From the NCBI GenBank assembly GCA_003563385.1, contig PWRZ01000181.1:3146-67145 (forward strand): 64,000 bases of DNA. Reading direction: 5' to 3'. Positions 9,827 through 19,113 of this stretch are shown piece by piece; the first letter of the stretch is position 1, and the number at the start of each line of letters is the position of its first letter. Source of the stretch: Syntrophomonadaceae bacterium. GTDB taxonomy: Bacteria; Bacillota; Dethiobacteria; DTU022; UBA8154. The notes under the pieces are model-generated. The model saw only the letters and a list, made by a program, of their open reading frames with translations, made no database searches and was not told the DNA's origin. The translations under genes were made by a program, and so were the position numbers.

Positions 9827-10879
9827 TTGGAACTGCAGGATTTTTTGATGGAGATCACTCAAAAAGACGGTGTCTGTGGCTACGAAAGCGGCATAGCCGC
9901 CGTCATTGAAAGCGCATTTTCTCCCTTTGTGGACAGCGCCCGGAAAGACAACCTGGGCAACCTCATTTTTTTTAAAAGAGGTAAAAGAGAAGACGCCCCC
10001 AGGGTCCTGCTGGCGGCACATATGGACGAAATAGGGCTGATCATTACCAGGGTGGAAGAGGGCGGCTTTTTGAGGTTTACCTCGCTGGGAGGGTTTGATG
10101 TGCGTGTTCTCCCGGGCCAGGAGGTAACGGTTTACGGCAGCGAAACAGTCCACGGGGTGGTCGGTTTTAAGCCGCCGCACCTTATAAGAGAGGAAAAAAA
10201 GGGCAAAGTTGTAAAGATGGAAGAGCTGTTCATCGATACCGGCCTGCCCGAGAAAGAGCTCCGGGATGTTGTTTTGCCGGGGGCGATAGCGGCGCTGAAG
10301 AGGGATTTTATTACTTTGCAGCACCGCTGCCGGGCGGGGAAGGCCATGGACGACCGCGCCGGTGTTGCCGTGCTGTGGCAGTGTATCAGGGAACTGCACA
10401 ATATACATCACGAGGCCAATGTTTACCTGGTGGCAACCGTCCAGGAGGAAGTCGGTGTCCGGGGGGCGGTGGTTGCCGCCTTCGGGCTTTCTCCAGACGT
10501 CGGTATTGCCGTGGATGTCTGTCACGGTGATATCCCGGGAGCACAGGAGCACGAAGTATCAAGTCTCGGTAAAGGCCCCGCCATTACCTCGGGCCCGAAC
10601 ATACACCCACGCATTGCCGAGCGGCTGCTCGCTACGGCCTCCGATTACAACCTGCCCTACCAGAAAGATTTTTCTCCCGGTCCTACGGGCACTGATGCCA
10701 GGGCCATACAGGTAAGCCTTGAAGGTATACCGACGGGACTTCTCTCCGTTCCTCTCCGTTACATGCATACCACCGTGGAGCTTGTGGACATGGATGATAT
10801 AAAAGCGGCCGGGCGGCTGCTGGCTTATTTTGTTACCGGCCTGGACAGCGATTTTATGGAGACCTTGAAATGCTCATAA
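9827..10879 (+). CDS. M42 family metallopeptidase (first of three tandem paralogues)
   Basis: AAHMDEIGLI, ..GKAMDDRAGVA.. and TVQEEVGVRGA motifs of the M42 (TET/FrvX/YsdC) family. I place the start at TTG 9827 (GGGAGG Shine-Dalgarno 10 nt upstream) rather than the ORF-track start 9719. Confidence 0.8.
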   Translation: MELQDFLMEITQKDGVCGYESGIAAVIESAFSPFVDSARKDNLGNLIFFKRGKREDAPRVLLAAHMDEIGLIITRVEEGGFLRFTSLGGFDVRVLPGQEVTVYGSETVHGVVGFKPPHLIREEKKGKVVKMEELFIDTGLPEKELRDVVLPGAIAALKRDFITLQHRCRAGKAMDDRAGVAVLWQCIRELHNIHHEANVYLVATVQEEVGVRGAVVAAFGLSPDVGIAVDVCHGDIPGAQEHEVSSLGKGPAITSGPNIHPRIAERLLATASDYNLPYQKDFSPGPTGTDARAIQVSLEGIPTGLLSVPLRYMHTTVELVDMDDIKAAGRLLAYFVTGLDSDFMETLKCS

Positions 10880-11898
10880 AAGAACTATCACAAATTCCCG
10901 GTGTGTCCGGGGACGAAGCCAAAGTAAGGAGCTTTATCAAGGAAAAGCTTGCGGCATGGGGTATCGAGCACTACACCGATTCCATGGGAAACCTTTATGC
11001 TTACAATGAAGGGCGTTCTAAAAAAGAAGGCCGCGGCCTGATGCTGTCTGCGCACATGGACGAAGTGGGGCTGATGGTCTCCTCTATTGAAAAGAGCGGC
11101 CAGCTGCGATTTTACAAGGTTGGCGGGGTGTTCGAAAATACGCTTGTTTCCTCTGCGGTGAAAGTGGGGCCCCGTGATGTGGACGGTGTTATCGGCTACA
11201 AGGCGGTGCACCTGCAAAAAAAAGAAGAGCGGGAAAAACCTCACCAGGTCGACAAATTATATATAGATATCGGTGCCCGGAACAGGGAAGACGCCGAGAA
11301 GGTTGTTTCTGCCGGCGACTATGTTTCTTTCGCTACAAAGGCCCGCAGCAGCGGGGACCTTATTTTCGGTAAAGCCCTCGATAACAGGGCCGGCTGCGCT
11401 GCCCTGCTGGAGTTACTTGGAAGGAAACACCCGGCCCCTTTTTGCGCTGTCTTTACAGTGCAGGAAGAGGTTGGATTAAGAGGTGCCGGCGTGGCCGCTT
11501 ACAGGGTTAACCCTCGCATCGCCCTGGTCATAGAGACGACTACTGCTGCCGACCTTCCGGATGTGGATGAACACGAACAGGCTACCATAGTCGGCAGCGG
11601 CCCTGCATTGACGCTGCGGGACGACTCCGTGATAACACATCGCCGTGTGCTGGAGCGTCTCCTGGAAGTGGCCGAAGAGGAAAAGATTCCCTGCCAGTTC
11701 CGCCGTTTTACAGGCAGCTTTACGGACGCAGGAGTTGTTTCTCTTTCCCGGAGCGGGGTTCTTACCGCTGTAGTGTCCACTCCCTGCCGCTACATTCACT
11801 CGCCGGTGTCTTTTTTGAATGCCGCTGACTGGAGTCATCTTGTCGAGTTGGTCAGTGCTTTTATAAGTTCAGTAGATACAAAGGGGCTGGAGCCATGA
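10870..11898 (+). CDS. M42 family metallopeptidase (second paralogue)
   Basis: SAHMDEVGLMV, ..GKALDNRAGCAAL.., FTVQEEVGLRGA. Overlaps the upstream gene by 10 nt. Confidence 0.85.
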   Translation: MLIKELSQIPGVSGDEAKVRSFIKEKLAAWGIEHYTDSMGNLYAYNEGRSKKEGRGLMLSAHMDEVGLMVSSIEKSGQLRFYKVGGVFENTLVSSAVKVGPRDVDGVIGYKAVHLQKKEEREKPHQVDKLYIDIGARNREDAEKVVSAGDYVSFATKARSSGDLIFGKALDNRAGCAALLELLGRKHPAPFCAVFTVQEEVGLRGAGVAAYRVNPRIALVIETTTAADLPDVDEHEQATIVGSGPALTLRDDSVITHRRVLERLLEVAEEEKIPCQFRRFTGSFTDAGVVSLSRSGVLTAVVSTPCRYIHSPVSFLNAADWSHLVELVSAFISSVDTKGLEP

Positions 11899-12887
11899 AT
11901 GAATTGATAAAAAAACTGGCCGGTGCATTCGGGCCCGCCGGCTCTGAAGAAGGGATACGCTCCCTGATCAGGGAAGAAGTAGAGAAAGTTTGCGACGAGG
12001 TATTTGTTGACGACCTGGGCAGCCTGGTTGCCGTAAAATGGGGGAATGCAAAAAAGAATATCCTTGTGGCCGCCCACATGGACGAAATCGGTTTTATGGT
12101 TACCTTTATAGATAAAAACGGCTTCCTGCGCTTTACGAACATTGGAGGCGTTTTAAAAAATACCCTGGTGGGGAGCCGGGTTGTTTTTTCAAACGGGGTG
12201 ACCGGGGTCATAGGCAGGGAAAAAATAGAGGACGGAAAAGAGCCGGGCCTTAACAGGCTTTACATAGATATCGGTGCCCGCAGCCGCGAGGAAGCCTCCG
12301 CAAGGGTCAAGATTGGTGACAGCAGCGCTTTCCTGGCTCCTGTTTCACTGGAGGGACACCGGGTAATCTCGAAGGCACTCGACGACCGTATCGGCTGCTA
12401 TGTGCTGATAGAAACATTGAAGAGCCTCCCCGCTTCTCTGCCGTGCACGCTTCACTTTGTTTTTACCGTCCAGGAAGAGCTGGGGCTGAGGGGTGCCCGG
12501 CCCGTTGCCTACCGGCTGCAGCCCCATTTCGGTTTGGCCGTTGACGTCACCAGGACCGGAGACACTCCCGAGCCTGATTACAAAATGAACGTCTCCCTGG
12601 GAAAGGGGCCCGCTGTAAAAATTAAAGATTCATCTATAATCTGCCACCCGCAGGTGGTCGAAATGCTTGTAAGGACGGCCGAAAAAGAAGGTATCCCTTA
12701 TCAGATGGAAGTGCTTGAAAGGGGAGGCACCGATGCAGGGGCTATTCACCTTTCCAGGGAAGGAGTGCCTACCGGGGGCCTGTCCATACCGTGCCGTTAC
12801 ATCCATACGGCGGGCGAAATGGTTGACCTCGATGATGTCCAAAACAGCATCCGTCTTCTGGCTGCACTTTTTGCGGAGAATTGGTGA
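11895..12887 (+). CDS. M42 family metallopeptidase (third paralogue)
   Basis: AAHMDEIGFMV, ..SKALDDRIGCYVL.., FTVQEELGLRGA. 4-nt overlap with the upstream gene. Confidence 0.85.
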   Translation: MNELIKKLAGAFGPAGSEEGIRSLIREEVEKVCDEVFVDDLGSLVAVKWGNAKKNILVAAHMDEIGFMVTFIDKNGFLRFTNIGGVLKNTLVGSRVVFSNGVTGVIGREKIEDGKEPGLNRLYIDIGARSREEASARVKIGDSSAFLAPVSLEGHRVISKALDDRIGCYVLIETLKSLPASLPCTLHFVFTVQEELGLRGARPVAYRLQPHFGLAVDVTRTGDTPEPDYKMNVSLGKGPAVKIKDSSIICHPQVVEMLVRTAEKEGIPYQMEVLERGGTDAGAIHLSREGVPTGGLSIPCRYIHTAGEMVDLDDVQNSIRLLAALFAENW

Positions 12888-12935
12888 AGGGGCTTGTAAA
12901 CAAGAGTTAATAATGTTTTAAATTGCTGCGCCGTG

Positions 12936-12964
12936 TTGCATTATTATTTATAAAATGGTAGAAT
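12936..12964 (+). promoter_or_regulatory. Strong sigma-A promoter of the pan operon (TTGCAT-17-TAGAAT)
   Basis: TTGCATtattatttataaaatggTAGAAT. It lies inside the ORF-track N-terminal extension of 12955..14025, which argues that the extension is not coding. Confidence 0.55.
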
Positions 12965-12970
12965 ATCGTG

Positions 12971-13155
12971 GGCGGGAACCCGAACCTGCACCTTTGGAAG
13001 AGAACGCTACCATATGCATTTGCCAGCTTGATAAAGGATTGTTTGATCTGCCTGGAGCCATAAGTGGACCGGGACAGGGGGTACGTATAAGGGGCTTACT
13101 GTGCCTTCCTGCCTGCACGGGCGGGAAGGCCTTATTAATTGCGGCGGGGGGAAGC
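12971..13155 (+). promoter_or_regulatory. Structured 5' leader of the pantothenate operon (~185 nt). It is a candidate cis-regulatory RNA, possibly the pan motif
   Basis: The GGGCGGGAA box occurs twice (~12970 and ~13119), each within a hairpin-capable segment (e.g. CCTTCC..tgcctgcacgggcg..GGAAGG). The leader sits between the promoter and ATG 13156. Confidence 0.35.
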
Positions 13156-14025
13156 ATGGGCAGAAGTGTTGCCGTCATCGGCGCCGGAAATACCGGGAAA
13201 GTACTCGCTCTCGCTTTAAAAAAACAGGGTTACAAAATAGCGGCTGCCTTCTCAAGGACTCCCGCATCAAGGGAAGCGGCAGCCGAAATGCTGTGCTGCC
13301 CTGTCTTCAAAAATCCGACGGAAGCCGCCGGTGGTGCCGATATTGTGCTGTTGACTACCCCGGACAGTGTAATTGAAGAGGTCTGCAATGAAATAGCGGC
13401 GGGAGGAGGATTTCACAGCGGCCAGGTTGTCCTGCATACCAGCGGCGCCCACAGTTCGACGATCCTGCACTCTGCCAGGGAACAGGGAGTCCGTGTTCTC
13501 TCACTTCACCCCCTGCAGACCTTTCCGGAAGTTGAAGCCGGGCTGCGGTCTTTAAAGGGCACTTATTTTACCATGGAAGGAGACGAAGGCGCTGCCCGTA
13601 TGGCAGCGGAAATGGTTGAGGCAATGGGCGGGGAAACGATTGCTATCCCCACGGAGATGAAACCGCTTTACCATGCCGCAGCGTGCGTGGCCTGTAATTA
13701 CCTAGTTGCCCTACTGGACGCCGCTTTGAAAATGTTCCAGTGTGCCGGTGTCCCTCCCGGTAAGGCCATGGAAGCGCTGCTGCCGATAATGAACTGCACC
13801 CTCTATAATGTTAAAGAGCTGGGGACGGAGAAAGCCTTGACCGGCCCCATAGCACGGGGCGATATTAGCACCGTCAAAAGCCACCTGCAGTCCATGGAAG
13901 AGCATATACCGGAGCTACTGCCGCTCTACAAGCACCTGGGACTGCAAACAGTGGAGCTGGCCTCCGGGAAGGCGGGGCCGGGGACTGAACTGCAAAAAAT
14001 GAAAGACCTGTTGGGAGGGATATAA
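13156..14025 (+). CDS. Rossmann-fold / DUF2520 protein (ProC/ApbA-like NAD(P)-binding). Candidate ketopantoate reductase of the pan operon
   Basis: MGRSVAVIGAGNTGKVLA dinucleotide-binding N-terminus. ~290 aa. It sits immediately 5' of panB, panC and panD in the same orientation with a 4-nt gap. Confidence 0.7.
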   Translation: MGRSVAVIGAGNTGKVLALALKKQGYKIAAAFSRTPASREAAAEMLCCPVFKNPTEAAGGADIVLLTTPDSVIEEVCNEIAAGGGFHSGQVVLHTSGAHSSTILHSAREQGVRVLSLHPLQTFPEVEAGLRSLKGTYFTMEGDEGAARMAAEMVEAMGGETIAIPTEMKPLYHAAACVACNYLVALLDAALKMFQCAGVPPGKAMEALLPIMNCTLYNVKELGTEKALTGPIARGDISTVKSHLQSMEEHIPELLPLYKHLGLQTVELASGKAGPGTELQKMKDLLGGI

Positions 14026-14029
14026 GCCC

Positions 14030-14869
14030 ATGAGCGGGCGTCTAACGACGACTGATTTTAAGAAAATGAAACAGCAGGGAGAAAAAATTGTTATGATTAC
14101 CGCCTATGACTATCCTGCTGCTCAAATTGTGGACGAAGCCGGTGTTGATATAATCCTTGTCGGCGATTCACTGGGCATGGTAGTGCTCGGCTACGAGGAC
14201 ACCCTTGCCGTTACCCTGGACGACATGATCCACCACGGGAAGGCCGTGGTCCGGGGAAGCAGCAGCGCTTTTGTCATTATTGACATGCCCTTCCTGACCT
14301 ACCAGGTAAACAGCGAGGAGGCCCTTCGCAACGCCGGCCGCATAATACAGGAGACCGGGGCGCAGGGTGTAAAGCTGGAAGGCGGGGGTGAAACAATCAA
14401 GGCCGTGGAGAGGATAACCGCTGCCGGGATCCCGGCTGCGGGCCACCTCGGGCTTACCCCCCAGTCAGTCGGGCAGTTGGGAGGCTTCAAGGTCCAGGGT
14501 AGGGATGCCGGTATGGCCGCCGCAATCCTGGAAGAATCACTGGCCCTGGAAAAGGCGGGCGCGTTCCTGCTTGTCCTGGAGTGCGTGCCCCGGCAGCTTA
14601 CCGCGGTTATAGCGGAGAGGCTCTCTATCCCGGTAATCGGTATCGGTGCGGGAAGGCATTGTGACGGCCAGGTGCTTGTTTACCATGATGTGATGGGATT
14701 TTACAATACCCCCAGGCCCCGTTTTGTGAAGCAGTATGCGGCGGCCAGGGACGAGGTGCAAAGAGCGGTGAAGGATTATCTGACGGATGTAAAGGAAGGG
14801 CGTTTCCCAGGGGAGCAGCATTCTTTCAACATGCCCGGGGAAGTACTTGCTGTAGTACTGGAGAAATAG
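14030..14869 (+). CDS. panB: 3-methyl-2-oxobutanoate hydroxymethyltransferase
   Basis: Canonical PanB N-terminus (..KIVMITAYDYPAAQIVDEAGVDIILVGDSLGMVVLGYEDTL..). Confidence 0.9.
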   Translation: MSGRLTTTDFKKMKQQGEKIVMITAYDYPAAQIVDEAGVDIILVGDSLGMVVLGYEDTLAVTLDDMIHHGKAVVRGSSSAFVIIDMPFLTYQVNSEEALRNAGRIIQETGAQGVKLEGGGETIKAVERITAAGIPAAGHLGLTPQSVGQLGGFKVQGRDAGMAAAILEESLALEKAGAFLLVLECVPRQLTAVIAERLSIPVIGIGAGRHCDGQVLVYHDVMGFYNTPRPRFVKQYAAARDEVQRAVKDYLTDVKEGRFPGEQHSFNMPGEVLAVVLEK

Positions 14870-14903
14870 TTTATGTCAGCGTTAGCGGCGGGGTGAAACT
14901 GCC

Positions 14904-15749
14904 TTGCGAGTTGTCCAGGAGATTGCCGCTTTGAAAACAATAATACGGGAAGTAAAAGAACAGGGGAAACTGATCGGCCTGGTCCCGACAATGGGCTGCC
15001 TGCACCAGGGACATCTTTCCCTGCTGGAAGCGGCACGGGAAGAATGTGATTTTACGGTTATGAGTATTTTTGTCAATCCTATCCAGTTTGGCCATGGAGA
15101 GGATTACGAGGAATCCCCCCGTGACCTGGAAAGGGACAGCAGGCTGGCCGGTGCGTACGGCTGCGATGTTATCTTTTCCCCCCCTGTAAAAGAGATGTAC
15201 CCCCCGGGATACAGTACTTTTGTGCATGTAGAAGGGCTGACCGCCGGCTTATGCGGCGCTTCCCGTCCCGGTCATTTCCGTGGAGTGACCACGGTTGTGA
15301 CGAAGCTGTTCAACCTTGTCCGCCCCGGGCGCGCTTATTTCGGGCAGAAAGACGCCCAGCAGGCCCTGGTGTTAAAGAAGATGGCCGGCGATTTGAACAT
15401 GAACCTGGAAATAGTTATCCTCCCTGTTGTACGTGAAGAAGATGGACTGGCCATGAGTTCGCGCAACAGTTACCTTTCACCTGAACAGAGGAAACAGGCA
15501 GCCGTTATTTATAAAAGCTTGCAGGCGGCAGAGAAGATGATCCTCAGCGGCGTAATAGACAGCGAGGAAATAAAAAGGGCCGTTGAAGCGGTAATCAGCG
15601 GGGCAGACCTGGCCAGGATCGATTATGTGGAGATTGTTGAAACCGGTGAGCTTCAACCCCTCTCCGTACTGGAGGGCCAGTGTCTTATTGCTGTTGCCGT
15701 AAAATTTGGAGCAACCAGGTTGATAGACAACATTATCGTGGAGGTGTGA
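14904..15749 (+). CDS. panC: Pantoate--beta-alanine ligase
   Basis: ..GLVPTMGCLHQGHLSLL.. HIGH-like motif of PanC. 281 aa. Confidence 0.9.
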   Translation: MRVVQEIAALKTIIREVKEQGKLIGLVPTMGCLHQGHLSLLEAAREECDFTVMSIFVNPIQFGHGEDYEESPRDLERDSRLAGAYGCDVIFSPPVKEMYPPGYSTFVHVEGLTAGLCGASRPGHFRGVTTVVTKLFNLVRPGRAYFGQKDAQQALVLKKMAGDLNMNLEIVILPVVREEDGLAMSSRNSYLSPEQRKQAAVIYKSLQAAEKMILSGVIDSEEIKRAVEAVISGADLARIDYVEIVETGELQPLSVLEGQCLIAVAVKFGATRLIDNIIVEV

Positions 15750-15752
15750 GCT

Positions 15753-16118
15753 TTGTGGCGCATAATGTGCAAGTCAAAAATTCATCGGGCTACAGTAACC
15801 GGTGCCGACCTGAACTACGTTGGAAGCATTACCATTGATGCAGAATTGCTGGAAAAGGCCGATATAATTCCCTATGAAAAAGTGCAGGTCGTGAACAACA
15901 ACAACGGGGCCAGGTTGGAAACTTATGTTATAGCCGGGGAGCGCGGAAAGGGCGAGATATGCCTCAACGGTGCCGCCGCCCGCCTTGTCCAGGTTGGCGA
16001 TACGGTTATTATCATCAGCTATGCCCATTACGGGGAAGATGAATGGCAACACTTTTCCCCGAAGGTCGTCTTTGTTGACGAAAAAAACCGCATTACCAGG
16101 GTCGGCACAGAGGGATAG
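15753..16118 (+). CDS. panD: Aspartate 1-decarboxylase
   Basis: [29 protein letters not shown], which includes the pyruvoyl-forming G-S site. ~120 aa. Confidence 0.9.
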   Translation: MWRIMCKSKIHRATVTGADLNYVGSITIDAELLEKADIIPYEKVQVVNNNNGARLETYVIAGERGKGEICLNGAAARLVQVGDTVIIISYAHYGEDEWQHFSPKVVFVDEKNRITRVGTEG

Positions 16119-16236
16119 CTTGTTGACTGTCTGATGCATTTATGCCTGGTTACCGGCCGTTTTATTTTTGAGTACCGCGGCAGTTTATTACAATACTGGA
16201 GGAGCTGCTATGTGCCGGGGAAGAAGGATACAAATG

Positions 16237-16268
16237 GGCCGTGGAGGAAAACGGCTCTTTTTTTAAGG
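16237..16268 (+). terminator. Rho-independent terminator after the pan operon
   Basis: GGCCGU..(GGAGGAAA)..ACGGCU stem (6 bp including one G.U) followed by CTTTTTTT. Confidence 0.4.
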
Positions 16269-16626
16269 CTTGCTGCTATTGAGCTTTTTTATTGCTCTTT
16301 TCGATGCGGTGCCTGCCTCCCGGGCAGGATTTACCTGATAACAGGGCCCTGGAAGAACAGGAAACAGGATTTGGAGATGAAGCGACAGGGCCGTTTAAAG
16401 AAGAAGACGCAGAAAGAGAGGCAGCCCCGGGAGAGGAAGCAACGCAAAAAGTTTATCCGCAGCAGGACGCGCCTGCTCCCGGTTTTAGACTGTCCCTTAT
16501 GTCTAAAAGTGGCTCTATTTACACTCTTTAAAAAGTATGTTATCTTATAACAGCGGTAATTCTATTACGGAAGGGATTTTGAACGATCCCCTTGGTATTG
16601 TTTAAACCTGGACCATATGGAGGGTT

Positions 16627-17865
16627 TTGAAGGTCATGGTATCACCGGAAAAGAGAAAGGGTGCCCTGGAGCGGGCCGCGGTGCTGAGGGAATCTATTGC
16701 CGATTACCTGGAGTATATTAAGTGGGCACCTACCGGCTTTACAGAGTGGGACAAAACACTAAAAAGACAGGAGAAAATCAAGGAAGTGCTCGGTGCTTCC
16801 GAGGAAGACTGGAAAAACTGGCAGTGGCATATCAAAAATTGTATCAGCGATGTTGAGACACTCTCCCGCTTGATTGACCTCAGCAAAAAGGAAAAAGAAG
16901 AAATTACCCTTACCGGCAGCAGTTACCGCTGGTCCGTGGTTCCCTATTACCTGAGCCTTATTGATGCCGGTGATGTAGATGATCCTGTACGCATGCAGTC
17001 CGTACCGACGGAATTAGAATACTTTGACCAGTGTGGAGAGCCGGACCCCATGGCCGAGGAGATGACTTCGCCGGCCCCGGCCATAACGAGGAGATATCCC
17101 GATCGTCTCATAATAAATGTTACCAACCGGTGTGCCATGTACTGCCGGCACTGCCAGCGCAGGCGCAATATTGGCGAAAAGGACTATCATACACCGCAGG
17201 AAGACATTGAAAGTGCCCTTGAATATATCGCCGCCAATAGTGAAATAAGAGATGTCCTCTTAACCGGTGGTGATGCCCTTATGCTTTCGGATGAAACGCT
17301 GGACTGGATACTGACGGAGCTGGACAGGATGGCGCATGTGGAGATAAAGCGACTCGGGAGCAGGGTGCCGGCTACACTGCCATACAGGATAACTGATGAA
17401 TTGTGCGAAATGCTCGGCAGGCACCTACCATTGTATGTTAATACCCATTTCAACCACCCCCGGGAGGTTACCCCCGACTCCAGGGATGCCTGCCGGGCAC
17501 TGGCCCGCTGCGGCATAAGCCTTGGCAACCAGGCCGTCCTTTTAAAAAACATAAACAACGACCCCATGGTTATGAAAAAATTGAACCACGAGCTATTAAA
17601 GATCATGGTTAAGCCGTATTATATTTTCCACGCCAAGGCGGTCCGGGGCACGAGCCATTTCCGCACTACTGTGGAAGAAGGTATCGAAATAATGGAAAAG
17701 CTGAGAGGTTACACCTCCGGCCTGGCTATCCCCACTTATATTGTTAATGCCCCGCACGGCTATGGTAAAACGCCTATGCTTCCCGAATACCTCGTCTCCA
17801 TGGGTGCAGGCAAGCTGCTCATCAGGACCTGGGAACAGCGCATTATGGAGTATGAAAATGAATAG
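16627..17865 (+). CDS. kamA: Lysine 2,3-aminomutase (KamA family radical SAM, PLP-dependent)
   Basis: CAMYCRHCQRRR radical-SAM cluster motif of KamA. ~410 aa, the size of KamA proper rather than EpmB. Confidence 0.85.
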   Translation: MKVMVSPEKRKGALERAAVLRESIADYLEYIKWAPTGFTEWDKTLKRQEKIKEVLGASEEDWKNWQWHIKNCISDVETLSRLIDLSKKEKEEITLTGSSYRWSVVPYYLSLIDAGDVDDPVRMQSVPTELEYFDQCGEPDPMAEEMTSPAPAITRRYPDRLIINVTNRCAMYCRHCQRRRNIGEKDYHTPQEDIESALEYIAANSEIRDVLLTGGDALMLSDETLDWILTELDRMAHVEIKRLGSRVPATLPYRITDELCEMLGRHLPLYVNTHFNHPREVTPDSRDACRALARCGISLGNQAVLLKNINNDPMVMKKLNHELLKIMVKPYYIFHAKAVRGTSHFRTTVEEGIEIMEKLRGYTSGLAIPTYIVNAPHGYGKTPMLPEYLVSMGAGKLLIRTWEQRIMEYENE

Positions 17866-17986
17866 GGAAAAGCGCAGGCAGTATGTTAAACCAGCCGGTT
17901 GAAATATACGGCCATGAGTGAGCACACTCATGGTTTCTGTGTATTTCAGAGCTTGTTAATCGTTTTCAGGGACGAGGTGTTTTTAA

Positions 17987-19102
17987 GTGCCTGGGAAGTC
18001 GTCTATTATGGCCAAGTACTATCACGCCATGAACCATATTCCAGAACTTGGCCCCGTAAGGGTCAGGAAACTGGTCTGTCATTTCGGCAGCCCCGCTGTA
18101 TTCTGGAAGGCTCCGGTTAAAGAGCTGGCCTTGGTGGAGGGTTTTACCCAAAAGCTGGCCGGGCAGGTTGCCGGGGAGAGGAATAAGATCGATCCGGAGC
18201 GGTGCTGGGAAGATCTGCTGCAGAAAGGGATTGCGGTCGTCTCTATTGAAGACCCCGGCTATCCCCCCCTTTTAAAAGAGATTTACGATCCCCCGGTACT
18301 GCTCTACTGCAACGGAGAGATAGAAACGGTGCACGGTTTTTGCCTGGCCATCGTCGGCAGCCGCCGGCACACCGTTTACGGGAGGGAAACTGCTTATAAA
18401 ATTGCCGCCAAACTGTCAAACTATAACCTGGCCATAGTAAGCGGCATGGCCCGTGGTATTGATGCCTGGGCCCATAAAGGGGCCCTCGATTCCGGGGGGA
18501 AGACGGCGGCCGTTTTGGGGTGCGGGTTGGACATCTGTTACCCCGCTGAAAACAGGAAACTAAAAGATGCTATTGCCGGGGGAGGAGTGGTTATAAGCGA
18601 GTTTCCTCCCGGCTTCAAGCCCCTGCCCCAGAATTTTCCCCGCCGGAACCGCATCATTAGCGGCCTTTCACTGGGCACACTTGTTATTGAGGCGGCCGAA
18701 AACAGCGGCGCCCTGATCACGGCAGGATTTGCCCTGGAGCACGGCAGGGAAGTTTTTGCCGTCCCCGGGGCCATCGGCAGCCCTTACAGCAGGGGATGTC
18801 ACAGGCTGATAAAAGAAGGGGCCAAGCTGGTCGAAAACCTGGATGATATACTGGAGGAAATTCGGTTCTGCGGTCCTGAAAAAGCAGGTCCGGCGGGCGG
18901 CGGCTGCACAGAGAGTGCAAAGGAAGGACTCAGCGCCGCTGAAAAGAAGCTGCTGGGCCTGGTGACATACGAACCTGTGGATATTGAGGTAATAGCACAA
19001 TTGAGCCGGGTGCCCCTTTCTAAATTAAATGCCCTTCTGCTTGAGCTGGAGCTGAAGGGTGCCGTTAAGCGGCTGGCAGGGAATTACTTCATAAGGATAT
19101 AG
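17987..19102 (+). CDS. dprA: DNA-processing protein DprA (Smf)
   Basis: ..LAIVGSRRHTVYG...IVSGMARGIDAWAHKGAL...LEHGREVFAVPG.. signature. ATG 18008 is an alternative start. Confidence 0.85.
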   Translation: MPGKSSIMAKYYHAMNHIPELGPVRVRKLVCHFGSPAVFWKAPVKELALVEGFTQKLAGQVAGERNKIDPERCWEDLLQKGIAVVSIEDPGYPPLLKEIYDPPVLLYCNGEIETVHGFCLAIVGSRRHTVYGRETAYKIAAKLSNYNLAIVSGMARGIDAWAHKGALDSGGKTAAVLGCGLDICYPAENRKLKDAIAGGGVVISEFPPGFKPLPQNFPRRNRIISGLSLGTLVIEAAENSGALITAGFALEHGREVFAVPGAIGSPYSRGCHRLIKEGAKLVENLDDILEEIRFCGPEKAGPAGGGCTESAKEGLSAAEKKLLGLVTYEPVDIEVIAQLSRVPLSKLNALLLELELKGAVKRLAGNYFIRI

Positions 19103-19113
19103 CGGGAGGTTAA

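Noticed and set aside
16134-16550. ORFs 16134..16550 and 16292..16531 in the panD-kamA spacer
   Set aside because: They are mutually overlapping, highly basic or acidic low-complexity translations of a purine-rich tract. No Shine-Dalgarno is present, and a terminator lies inside the first one. I take them as non-coding.
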